Source: Pocillopora damicornis
Taxonomy: Eukaryota
Length of the DNA stretch: 64,000 bases
Direction: 5' to 3'
Assembly (NCBI RefSeq): GCF_003704095.1
Contig: NW_020843601.1
Span: 62,001 to 126,000 of the forward strand
The notes beneath the pieces were generated by a model, which did no database searches, was not told the DNA's origin, and saw nothing but the letters and a program-made list of their open reading frames with translations. Made by a program: the position numbers and the translations under genes. This document shows, piece by piece, positions 34,901 to 48,000 of the stretch. How positions within the stretch are numbered: position 1 is the stretch's first letter; every line of letters starts with the position of its first letter.

Positions 34901-36802
34901 GTGTCATAAAATGCCCGCACACTCGAACTTTTTAATCTAAATGTTTTCAATGAACGACCAGGATCTAAAATCAGCACGATACGCACAGAGAAAAAAATTA
35001 ACGTCAATTTAAGTGACGCTGCAATAGGTAACCGACCCACATGGCCGGATGTTTGAAGAACGACGGATGTACAGGGGTCGTAAATCAAGCGGTTTTCGTT
35101 TGATACTGTAACTAATTTTATTAAAAAAATAAGGATGAAATAGATATTTTTTACAAACCCTCACACAATTTCATACACTATGTAAACGCTCTTGATTGCT
35201 GAAGAAAATCATCGGGAAAACTGTTAAGCCACGAGTACAGGCTTATCTCGTTTACTCATGCAGCAGGATTCCACGAGAAGGACGCCGACAGCCACGTATT
35301 GTTTCACCTCCTTAGCGGATGTCAGCCCACAACAGAGTATCCCAACATGAGGTCAGCTTGCCTTCTTCATCGCCATCAATGATGCCTCCTGGATTGGGAA
35401 AATCGGCCTTTACGTTGGATATCTGCCTTCTTTTCAAAGAACGCAACATATATGCGAAAATAATGGTCTGAACTGATGGAGACTGTTCTGTTTGGAGTCC
35501 ATATCACACAGTTATTACGCCTTTGATTTCCCAGTGTAATTTTCACCTTCTGCAAGAAATTTAGAAAAATTTTACTTTAGCGAGGTGTGGCTGTGTATAG
35601 TTCATGAAATGAATGGGAAATCAAGGTGATAAATTTGAGGCATGGATGAACTAAAGCACGCCACGTACGTGATAGGGATTATGAAGGAATGGCAGATTAT
35701 CTATTGTAAACAACTCTAATTACTCAATGAGACACGCGCCATTATCAAACACATGGAAACATCAAGTTTTGAGAATTTACAAACGATCGAAATTTTTGTA
35801 AGGCAAATTTTATGATTTTCAAAACAAGTTTACCTTTTGATCAGGTTCAGGGTTTTTTCATGTTCGGGGTTTCATCAAGGGCAACTGTATCACAACCCCC
35901 TGAATACAGTTCCTTATTGACAGACAAGTTGTTGAAAGTTTTGAACTCAATCTACTAAGGACAGCTGTAATATTCGCATTGAAAGCAGTCTAAATAATGG
36001 ACAAAAAATTAAGAAAAAATCTGCATGTTACGATCCGGATCAAAATCCAGGAAACTACACTGAATATAATTGATTCTAATCTAATCTAGGGCTAACGTTT
36101 CTCAAGACGACTGTATTTCGCTCCACTGGAATATTGTAATGACCTTTGCTATTGCAGTTAGTCAAAATGAGTTGTGAGTTGTTTTTGATTCGCTAGTACA
36201 GATGCTTGCAGGTTGGGAGTCCTCTTCAAGTGTTCAAATGTCTGATGCGGCTAGGAAATATAATCTCGATCTCTAATAAGATGGAATGCCAACCAAAACT
36301 GTGCTTCGACATTCTTCCCAAGTTTTGGTTGCGTTCTTTGGCACCAACTCGCGCTTATTTGTGAGGCAAAGTACCGTGAAATAAGTTTCTTGTCAAACAA
36401 CACAGCTTAGAAAGGATTCAGTCAATTTCACATCTTTTTCTTCTACGCACTCTGCGAATTAATATACGAATTAATCGATTGCGATATCACCGGCCGTTAA
36501 AACTAAACACATGTTTACATTAATGTCTGGACCAAACAAGGCTAATTACTTAAGCTGTACTGAAAAAAGTCAGTTTTGCACGATCCTCAGCGTTAATAAC
36601 ACGACCACTACATTTACAACTATTAAAAAAACAACCCCATTACCATTTAAAACCAATACAAAATAACTACTACTGCTACTAGCACAACGATTACGCCATA
36701 CTCACCTACACAACTGAGCTTTCTTTGCATGTTTTTCGTCCTTAAAGTTTTTCTCTGGTTCATGTAGATGGAAAGATACAACGACTCTATCCTCAAAATG
36801 TA

Positions 36803-36849
36803 GGCCTGTGGTTCAAAAACATATGGCCTGTGGTTCAAAAACATATGGC
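36803..36849. repeat. 22-bp perfect tandem duplication
   Basis: ggcctgtggttcaaaaacatat x2. Confidence 0.9.
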
Positions 36850-39800
36850 TTGAACACAGAAAGTCGAAGAAAAAAAATAATGAAGCACAAGATTAGTAGT
36901 CTTGGTGAATTGATAAGGATTGTTTCCAAGAGATAAGGATGAATTGCTCATTCAAATAAAACCTTGAGAGGCTTTATTTGCGAATGTACAAAGCGATGAC
37001 TTTTGTTCCCCTTGCCCAGTGCGCTCACCTAAGTAAATTTGAAAGTGCAATTCAGTTTCTAGGCTTAGCACAACTTGGCAATTTTGCTATATTTCGTGTA
37101 CTGTAACGATTGAGAGCACAAAACCTTTGTAATACGAGTTTCATTGGCTTTACATACGTCACGAGCTAGAGAGGAAATTTAACGAATTCCTTAAACAACA
37201 ATACCGCTGTGATATCCCAAAGGAACATTGATCATCATATGCACCACACCCTCTCATCTGCATACAGCACCACACTCAGGAAATTCTAATCATGCTTTAG
37301 CTCAACTTCACGAAGTAAAGAACGGACACACCCAAACCATACTTACTAAAGCAAAGACACTTTCATAGAACGCATTGTAATCACACAATCTACTTTAACT
37401 ACACAAGCTGCATCAACTTGGTGGGTGCTAACAACATGAAATGCAAAAAACCTTTGATTTCTATCATAGCAAACAAACAGCATCTAAATGAGCACCTGTT
37501 ATTACCAATTGCCATATGAGGTAATTTATATTCAGAATGAACCACTTTAAGTTAAGAGTTTTATCCTTTATATAAAAGACCTCGAGAGGTTTGAATAGGG
37601 CTCTCTTTCATTTCCAAACTCTTGGACTGTGTGACAGAGGGAAACGGTTTTGAAAAGTTGTGTCGTCGGTGTAAAAAATTTCACACATAGCTTTATCTTT
37701 AAGAAACCTTTTTGCACCTTAAAAAGTATAATTGAAACTGCACACAATCCCTCGAGTGACAAACTATCGATTTAAATCCAAAACGAATCAATGGCTGCTT
37801 CATACGCTTTTGTGGCCGCCATATCAATAGCCGTGCCTAAGGAGGCTAACCTGGCGACTCCCACAGTTCTGTCAATTAATTAGCGGAAATATTTCTATGA
37901 ATCACCCACGCATGAATAACATTCTAGAACAAAACCTTGACAGTTCCATTAATTAATCAAACTCCAAACTAGAGCTAAATTACTGAGTTATCAGATCAAT
38001 TTTTTTTTCATTATTTTTGTTTACCAAGGCGCGCTTGATGCGATGGGAAAACCACGAATTCATGATTTAGGTTGAGAAAAGAAATTACTGGTAACGTAAA
38101 CCATTCTGCTGAGTCACCAAAACAAACTAGACCTACCTTCTACACCAACAATGCCATGACATGATCACTTACTGCAGGGATTAACGTAGGCGATCTCATG
38201 CAGAGAGCCTAACACAAATTATACCATTTAGTGCACCAAGCTTCACCCTAACCTCAGTTAAACAAACAGCACCGAGCATGATTAAAAACCTGAGGTAAAC
38301 TGACTTAGTCAGATCAGCTTCGCAATCTAGATCAATCTTCGTTGGCTGTAACAAAGTAAGGGAGGTGTATCAATTACAGTTACTATTAATATAAAAGAGT
38401 TAAAAAGATAACAGGAGCCACTTAAGTCGACATGCCAGATGCACTATTTACAGGACCCATTGTTACTTCGTCAAAATAGTTTCGCTAACACAATTTAAAC
38501 CAACCGCAATCAAATAATTGTTGATCAATTCTACCAGACAATAAAAGGAATGAAATTGGCCACGACAAAATTATTTTTGTCTTTGTTGAATAAACTAGAC
38601 AAGCCAAACAAGCAACAAAAACGCTTTAGCACGAGTTCACACCGCAGAAGATTTTCCCACTTTGCTTGTAGTTTTCAACAGAGGGGCATTCGGATTCTAA
38701 ACTGTTTACACACAAAGGTAAATCCAGCTTCATTCCATACTGAAATTGGTTTTAACACGATTATTCATTTCGACTGTCATCCTAAAATAGTTTAAATGGA
38801 TTCAAATGTCACAACCACGATCTTGGTTCGACATGTGATAACATGAAAATCCTTCAGTGAGCCATTTACTGTTCGTATTCTTTCCCAATAACACCTCAAA
38901 CAATAATAAAGGGTTAAGTTCCCAAAAAGATAGAAAGGTTCTGTACCTTTGTACTTGTAGTGATATGATACATTATCACATAAAGTAAGTTAACAGAATT
39001 TTTAGAAAAAAATAGAAGACTTTAAAAGTATTGTTTCATGCATTTGAACGTAAGAGTTTACTTTAAAATGTAGATCCAAAATCTCCGTCATTGTGGCCAA
39101 ACTGGAACGGATTGGTGAACGGGTTTGGATTGAACACGAATGCGGAAAAATCTCTACTGTTTATCTTGTCTAAGTATCGTGAACACATCAACCGAGCACA
39201 ATGTAATTAACACGCCATCTAAGCAGTGAACTGACGCCAACGCGAAAGACCTCTGGAACGACAAATATTAGTAAATTAGGGTAATAATGTGTTGATAGTT
39301 TTACAAATCAGCTATGGAAACCCTTCTTTATTTACAATTATAAGCTAAAATGCATTCTTTCATTGCCCATCTATATCTGATCTAATTAAAACAATCCATC
39401 TGAATGCTATAAAAACATGAAAACATTAAGAACGCATGGCATGATAGATGTTAGTCTCAAATCGCGATCTACAAGTAGCTGTGGTGCAGATTCTGGAATC
39501 GCGCACGCATCCCAAGGTAAGAGGTGTATCTTATTAACTAAGAGCTACTAGTTAAACCAACTCTCGGTTTTATCCTAAAGAACTGATTCACTCCTGTCTT
39601 GAAATTGGTCTAACTTAAGTTAAAGCAGGTATTACATAACCAACATTCTCGTGAGTAACAACAGTTGCAGCAACGAATCAAGCGTTTTTCGTTCTAAGAA
39701 AATCCATATCGGACAAAGAGAAGGCAAAATACAAACAGCAAGATAGGCTTTACAGGATGATCGGAGTAAAAGCCGCAGATTATAACATGATCAGATTACG

Positions 39801-42021
39801 CAAATATTATGATTTTCTTTCTTTTTTTTCTGTTTTTTAAAAAAGTTAAGTATGGTATTCGAATATTGGATTATCAAACTTGCTTAAAAACAGTTAGCAA
39901 AACGAAGACCAGACAAGTCGTTATTCCAGCCTCCGCTCTACTCCCACGGTGGAAGCAAAAGGTGTGCCAAGTTTCTCGGAATTCTCGATGAAGATATGCT
40001 CAAAGGAATGGGGTTTCTTGTTGAAAACATTGACCATGATTGACCTTTACTTAACTTATGTTCACGTGTATTCAATTCATTTTAACCTGAAGGAAACATC
40101 CCAGCAAGTGGGAGAAAATTTCCTGCGAGTATGTTTTCAGAAGTTGATGGGAAGTGCTATGCATACGGATGTCCGTTGGCTTGTTTACCAAAACGCCACA
40201 CCACAACCATTAATTCATAAATTATGACAACGTTGTGCAAGTCTATCTGTAGTGTTTAAGCTTATTTACACCATTTTGCGCAGAAAAGTTCGACACCTTA
40301 CGCCATCTAGAGCCTAAACTCAACCCTCGACTGACCCGATGCATGAGTTTGGTGTCTCATTACTCAGCAAATTTTATATACAAAAGCCAAGTGGAGAGCA
40401 AATACCTTTTCTTTGAAGCGCTTAAGATTGCGCCAGAATTTCCCGTCCGATAGCAATCGAGCAGTCGTCATTATTTTGTTCAACTCCAACATTCCAGAAC
40501 GTTTAATCAAAAACAACTGCCCATCTAGATGTTATTGTGTCGTTTTAAGAAACATTCAGTTTTCCACAAACAGAGCGGCAGTTACTAGCTTCTGACAACG
40601 CCGTAAGGATCAAAGTACAATGTTTGCCAGCACGTTTCCATGGCATGACGTGACGGCCCACACGTTTCCGTCTTACCGATATAAATCACCCAATTTTTTT
40701 TCCGGGTTCTATAACATGCACGCAACATGAAGTCAACAAGGTTGAATGGCTAAATTGACGATATCCAACCCAAATAAACGTTTGAATTGAATTCTTGCGT
40801 TTGCGAGAGTTTCGGCTGAAATTAGTACGATTTTGAAGTATGACGGTTGAAATCACACGCGACCATGTTGACGTCGTGACAAGCAATTACGGAACGTTTT
40901 TTCTTTGACACTTTTATATAAAAATATAATTGTTGACAAAAGTTAAAATCGATGTACTTGAAAGTCATTGCAAGCTTCTTCTTTTATTCGTTATTTGTCA
41001 TTAAGAATATACCCACAGATTCAAATTGACCGTCAACTATAATATAATGACAAAGTTAACAGATTTCATAAAATCATTAAATACAATTTTGTACATTAAA
41101 TGGCCGCTGTGAAAGGTTATCAATACTTGATACTGTTTAAGTTGCTTGGATTTTTCAAGACTTCCACTCTCCCAAAAAAAAAATAAATATACAGATCTTC
41201 ATTATCTACGGTACAAGAATAACTTACAATAACCACAACCGTGGAAAATAATCACTGCACCGAGTCCCCTACCCGCAGTTATTATATTACATTCCTCTGA
41301 AGCATACCTATATACACAGACTGAACGTAATTTTTTAATGTGGTCTCTACACGAGGGTTTTACGACTTTTATGGAGGGAGAAATTATAAACGCATGGAAA
41401 TATGCTACGTTAAATAAACGTGGATAACCAGGTATTGTGATGGAAAGTTCTTCATTTTCATTTGTGGAGGTCCATGGTATGAACCATGGGTCTTTTTTGA
41501 TCAAACTAACAAATATATTGATCTCATTGAAATTCTAAGCGTTTTCCTACAATGCACTAAGAAATTCCATCGTGAAATTTAAAAAATAAAATGTTTAAAG
41601 CTACATTGAGCGTAATTAGTACTTTACTATTGACCTACAATTCAATCTATACTAATAAGGTTGAAAGGCACAACTGGTTATGAAAAAACGACAGATTTCT
41701 TTTCTCTGTTTTCTCTGCTTAAGTCATATTGTGTAAAGACACAGAAAAAAAATTAGTCACCATGAAGAACACCCAAGCTGAACTGTAGCACTATTTTTTT
41801 ACCCTTGATTTTGCCGACTTTCATGACCAGTTTACTCTACCGTGTCTACGAGGAAGACATCGTCGATCGTCATGATTAATTCGCCTTCCACTACACCTCT
41901 ACAGTTTTCCTAACTCAATTTAAGAACTCCTCAATTGGGAATACGGAGAAAATAAATATTATTTGTACTTTATTCCGAGCAAAAAAATTTTGCCCTGACA
42001 GCAACTCTTACTTGCTACGGT

Positions 42022-42087
42022 CTATTTTTTAAAAACTTGGAAGTCCTCATAAAGTTTGCCATTATACGCTCTCAGATTGATGCACTT
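42022..42087 (-). CDS. RTK-B last coding exon [21 protein letters not shown]
   Basis: Poly-T ccag acceptor; homologous to the RTK-A last exon. Confidence 0.85.
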   Translation of the reverse strand, partial: KCINLRAYNGKLYEDFQVFKK

Positions 42088-45000
42088 CTGGAAAAAAAAG
42101 AGAAAGACATAAATTTAATCACTATAGTTTACTGACTTTTCAAATAGTATTGATATTCATTTCGTAGATAAACCGTAATACACTCCTGATCTTACTTATG
42201 ATCAACCTTTACGTCCTTGTAATATCCTAGATCTTTCTTCAATGTTACTAATTCATCTTTCAGTTTACTTCTTTTACTTTTTTTTAATAGTCTGTATGTT
42301 GTTTGTTTTTGGTTGATGATGTGGATTTATTTTCATACTTGATATAAGTTAAGTTCATGATAATTTCCCTCTGTTCAAGCTTGTTTAAATAATTTACCTG
42401 AATCTCCCTGTCCAATTGGTTCAAAGTCTTGTTAAGTTGCGAAAACGTGAGTCGCTTATCCGGATCTTTATTCCAACAGGATCGCATGAGGTCGTACCTG
42501 AAAAAAATAACATGCGTCGTGGTTAGCAATTAGAGGCAGAACGCGAGATACTGAGGGCAGCTATGCCGGCCTGGGTCGACGGCCTTGGTCAAGTATCCGA
42601 GCAGTTTAGAAATTTTAGATAAACATTTCATCGAATAACAGGTTACCGAAATTAATACTCACAATTTATTGTGTACATGATTTGGTTTCTCCATTCTGTA
42701 GCCACTTTTTAACTTTCTTGTCAGCTCGGAAACGTTCACACCAGGATAAGGAGCACCACCTTAAAGGAGGCAAAAGACAAGAGATGAGTAAGGTAACCCT
42801 GCCTACGTGTAAACCCGCTCACAACGTCAGAGCAATTCACAGTTTCCACTGTATTGAATACAAAAAAAAATGATGCNNNNNNNNNNNNNNNNNNNNNNNN
42901 NNNNNNNNNNNNNNNNNNNNNNNNNNNNNNNNNNNNNNNNNNNNNNNNNNNNNNNNNNNNNNNNNNNNNNNNNNNNNNNNNNNNNNNNNNNNNNGCAAAG
43001 AAAAGATAGATCAAACAATGAAATAAATAAAAAATTAGATGTATACCTTGCGGAAGAAATGCTATTGAATTATCACCAAATAAGGAACAATTAAATCTTA
43101 CCAATAGTGAAGATTTCATACAGGACCACTCCAAAGCTCCATCTAAAGATGAAATATAACGATAAACGTGAGTAAAATTGTTTTTTTTTTTTATAGTTTA
43201 CACCAACTGGAGAATGTCCAAAACCATTTCCCAAAAAAATTTAAAATATTGAGCCCAAACAAGTGTTTCTTTATCATAAGAGGTATGTCAAAGAAATAAA
43301 ATTTCCAGTTTGAAAAATTGATTCTGCAGTTTCCAACAAGAAGTTATAATCGCTTGGTGCCTCATTACGATGAAGCAGGGAACAATTCACTTACACATCG
43401 CTTTTCGTAGTGTAACGTCCGTGCTCCAAGGATTCAAGTGCTGTCCATTTTAAAGGAAGGCGACCCTGAAAAAAACCGATAAATCAGTATAAATATATAT
43501 ATATATATATAAATGGATAGTTATGCATTTCTATTTTAATTTGTTTTATTTCTACAAGGTTACTGTTTCTTACCTCCGACGTCCTTTCGTAAATATCTTT
43601 GCTGCGCGTGTTTCGCGCCATCCCAAAATCTGTGACTTTACACGTCAAATTTTCCCCCAAAAGGACGTTCCTCGCTGCCAGGTCACGATGGATAATCTAT
43701 AAATAGATTTGTAGCGATTATGATTGGATAATTTGGTAGAGAGTGCCAAAGTTGATGAGTGCCAATTTAAGCAGATGTCAAGATCGTTAAAAATATTAAT
43801 AAAAGTATTTTTTGTCTCTGAGTTCTAGGTTCACACCATGCTTCTTTCCAACCCACAAACTTAACACCTTCACTTGCTCCCCGTTTGTTCTTCGTTTCAA
43901 CATAGATTTGGTTCTGGGTTGCGTTTGGACTTGAAATAGCGCCACGTTATGTGATACGCTCGAACTCCAGCCAGAAAATCTTACCTTTGCCGCGCTGAGA
44001 TGTGCCATTCCATCGGCAATCTCCCAGGCAAATTTCATCAACAGATGTGATGTAAGGCTTCTTTCGGGGAGTTGTTGTATGTCGTAGTAATCATCCCTTA
44101 AACCTCGTTTCTTTCTCAAGAAGCCCAGTAGATCACCGTAAGGGGCATATTCAGTGATGACACATAATGGCTCTGAGAAACAGCAATGGAAAGATTCGCA
44201 ATAAGATGGAAATCAGATATTGTAATAACACCAAAAATAGAGTGAGAATCTCAATTATGTTGAAAGAAATGCTAAATTTAGGGGGCTTAAATATCATTTG
44301 TTATTCTGAGAGTGGGTGACTCTTAATGGACTGACAACATCTGTTAACCCTTTAATCCCCATGAGTGACCAAGACAGAATTTCTCCTTACAATATCAATA
44401 CAATATTAAGCAGACAAGTGATGAGAATAAAGAAATAAATCAGAGATTTATAAGTTGATCCAATACCAAGTTCTCTAAACCAACGTCACAAGAACCGTAT
44501 GGCAGACAGTTAGGAGAATTACAAATGAGATCTTGGGAGTTAAAGGTTAATGTTATTGCAATAAGAGAGGGAAGATTTCTCACCAGATTTTGTGACGCAA
44601 GCCAGAAGTTGTACCACGTGTTTATGTGATAATAGTTCCTTCATCACCTTTAGTTCTGATAGCAAATCTTCGCGTTGTGATCCATTTGAATTTTCTGGAA
44701 ATAAGAAGATTTTCTTATTGCAAATTCCTCAATCTGTAAAGTCCTTAAAAAGTACGACAATTAATTCTTTTTTAAAACTTTTTTTACGTGGCAACGTTAG
44801 ATAAACGCTGCGATTGAGGAATTATATGTGCAAAAACAGACATTCTAAGGTTAAACTTATCGAGCTGATATTTCAGTTTCAAATAAAAATTCAAATCAAT
44901 TATTTATGCAACTATTCGTGTTTTGAAGCAGTCGCGGATCAATATCAGTATCTGGACAACTGCCCACCTACCCCCTCCCTAACCCAACATTAACCTTAAC

Positions 45001-48000
45001 TTGTTGTCAATTGACGGTTGTTGAGTTAGGGAAGGGGTAGGTGGGCAGTTGCCCAGATACTGATATTGATCCGCTGTCGCTATGTTAGTTTAAGTTCACT
45101 TACCTTTTACTGTCTTAACTGCGACTATCGCCCAACCTCCTTCCTCTGTGACATCCAGTGCGTAACCCTTTTTGACAAGCCCAAACTCCCCTCGGCCGAC
45201 GGTGTTTTCAATTCTAAGTCTGTCCCTGGAAATTTCCCATTTCTGCGATGGAGGAAGAAGGAAACTTGTTTCTGGCAAGATACATCTTTTAACTCCAATT
45301 GTAGGCGGTTCGCCGTGAGTAAGATGCGAGTACATTTGCATGTCAAACATCCCTAGTCCAGTTGTCACGTGTCCATTGTCGTGTCCCAGCTTGTCATCTG
45401 GAAACGAGCGTTTCGAGCTTTTGAGGCTTTTTGAGCCTCGGCCGGTGGGTATGTCATTAAGATGGCTGTACACCGAAGACCCCTCTGAAACATAGCAGTA
45501 ATCATGTGTCACAGGGTTCCTGCTGTATCTGGGTTTCTCATCCTCCATCGAGTATCCAAGGTTCAAGTTCTTCTGAAAGATGTCCGTTATGGATTCATAT
45601 TCATTCAAAACCTGCAAAATCAAAATAGATTTGATCAAGAACTGGTATAGGGCTTGCGATTGTTTGCTTGAGCATAGTTGACTGTCAATCTTTATACCAA
45701 AAAGTGTATGACAGCTTTTGATAATTAAAATATTTCTGCGTCAGTGTTAATGGTGGCATTTCCATTTGACGTCAAAGTAACGAAATGTAATTGCTATCTT
45801 AAATAATTAATTGACAGACTCTCAGTCCTTTCTAAGACTTTGCTTGTCTAAGGTGCGAAAGTTCTTTCGTCAAGTAGTCTGTAAATTGTTCTAAGAATTG
45901 TCTTTTTGATTACTTTACCACACAAAGAACAGTTGATTTAATTGTCTAATATAGGAAAAGTATTTACCGATGTTTCTTTTAGCTCCACCATACTCGCAAG
46001 ATAAGAAGGATTACCCAGTTCACTGTCAACATCGCTGTAAGGAAATACAGATGAATTGTTCAAACAAAAGGCGATGATAAGTGAATAGATAAATAAATTT
46101 AAAACATTTTGGCTTAGTCGATGATTAAACGTTGCTAAATTTCCAGTAAAATACAGTAGAAAACAAGTTATGTTTAAAACCTGTTTGGTATCTTAGAAAT
46201 GTTTCTTTAAACATAATGCATCTGTTGCAGTGATCAGCAATCGAAGAAATATTAGAACCTTCACGAACGCTCACCTTTCAATTTCTGTTTGCTTATCGCT
46301 ATCACCACTGCTTTTGGAACAATGCTTGACGATAACTGAAAAGATAAATTTATTGATAAGTTGATATCAGAAAAAAATGAAACTTGTAAAATTTCTAAAA
46401 TGAGATCATGAAGGTAATTTTTTCCAATGATAGACTGGGGTATAGACCTAGTAAATCTAAAATGCTACAGTGCTATTAACTCTTATAAACTAATTCAGTG
46501 GTTTACCTATTGCATTTCCACTTTTTGGGGTAATTTGAGTTGTTGAAGCGCTAATTTGACGACTGGAGAAACGCGTGGGCCGCTATTAACCTTAGTGGTT
46601 TCATTTACTTGAACAAAGGTCAGGACGAGCGATACAGACTTCTGACAGGCAGTTATCTAAAATGGCTCGGTATAAATGTCTTTCAAATAATAAATAATAG
46701 AGTTGGTATGCTTCTTCACAAGTAATTTCTCCGTTGAATTCCTCAAATAATTTCACTGATGTGAAAGTTTCCTGTTTCTTTGTCCAAGAAATCAAACAGT
46801 TTTATAAACAAATGCAGACAAATACCTTGAAAAAAGTGACCTCTGTATAAATTTTATCACGGGCTGCTTTGTAAGCTTATCAGTTCGAGTGATTTTAAAC
46901 TATATCTTTAAAAAACTAGCAAACTTTAATACGGATGCTCGCCAACAGTCATTTTCGTAGTTTTAAGATTCTCTAATGCACCTAGCGTGAAAGAATTTTG
47001 TTGGGTTTCACGATGACGTCAAATCGCACGATTCAAACACGCCTGCCTGCACGCTTGTCAAATTTGAACTTTGTTCGCTGAATCAGAAATTGAATAAAAC
47101 CTTTGTACTAACTGTGGCTGTTTCAGTTGGACGAGTTCGCGTTGTTGTAATTACGTTCTCGCGTAATGTCGTGTTAATGGGAAAATTTTTAAGCTTGTTA
47201 TGGTCCACACGTTTCAAATAATGCTTTTTGAAGCCCTAGAAATGTTATTTTAATGGACGTGTGGTGATAGCACACTGGTTCGTTCCGAAAGTTGCCAACT
47301 TTGATCTTCAGGAAGGTTCTACATGTATAATGTTTGCTACCAGAAGAAAGAAAAAAAACCTAAGAAAGGGACCTAAGGTATGTAACATTGTACATATTTT
47401 AAAGGCATATGTATCTCCAAAAAAGTTTTATCTGTTATTAAGCTTTATTCGAAAGCATGGTGGCACTTTTTTGTACGAATGCGTCAAGTTGTTGTTGTTG
47501 TTGTTTTAGACTTGAAAATCCGCGACGACAATTATCGGCTGTGGTTCGAACGTATTTGAACAACTTGTGACGCAGCAGTGTGCGAACTTTCTTTTGGGAG
47601 CTTAATTCTTGGTCGTTTTCTTCATGAAAAAAACATCGGTATTTTGACATTTGGTGCGCGCGGTGTTTAAAAGTTGTGTTTAGTAGTTTGAGTTCGAGAT
47701 ATTCTCTTTTACCCAGACTTCTATACCTTAGTGTGCCATTCCTTTGTACAGAGTATGACTAAGTTGAGCTTATTAATTAGATGATTCAGTCGGTCATTCA
47801 TAAATTTCCGAATAACTTACTTCTTCTGGTGATTTTCCAAACCACGAACATGAAAATAGGTGTTACAAATGCCAGCGCGACGAACCATATTGGTGCGTAA
47901 AAGGAAAATATGCCTGTTCTGTTTTCACTGGTCTCAGCTGTTGAGTAGAGTGCAAAAACATAAAATGTCACAATCTAGAACATATTTGGAAATCATGAAA

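Noticed and set aside
35258-35550. Exon-like minus-strand segment with AG acceptor
   Set aside because: Only a ~45-codon unrecognised ORF; it cannot be distinguished from non-coding sequence.
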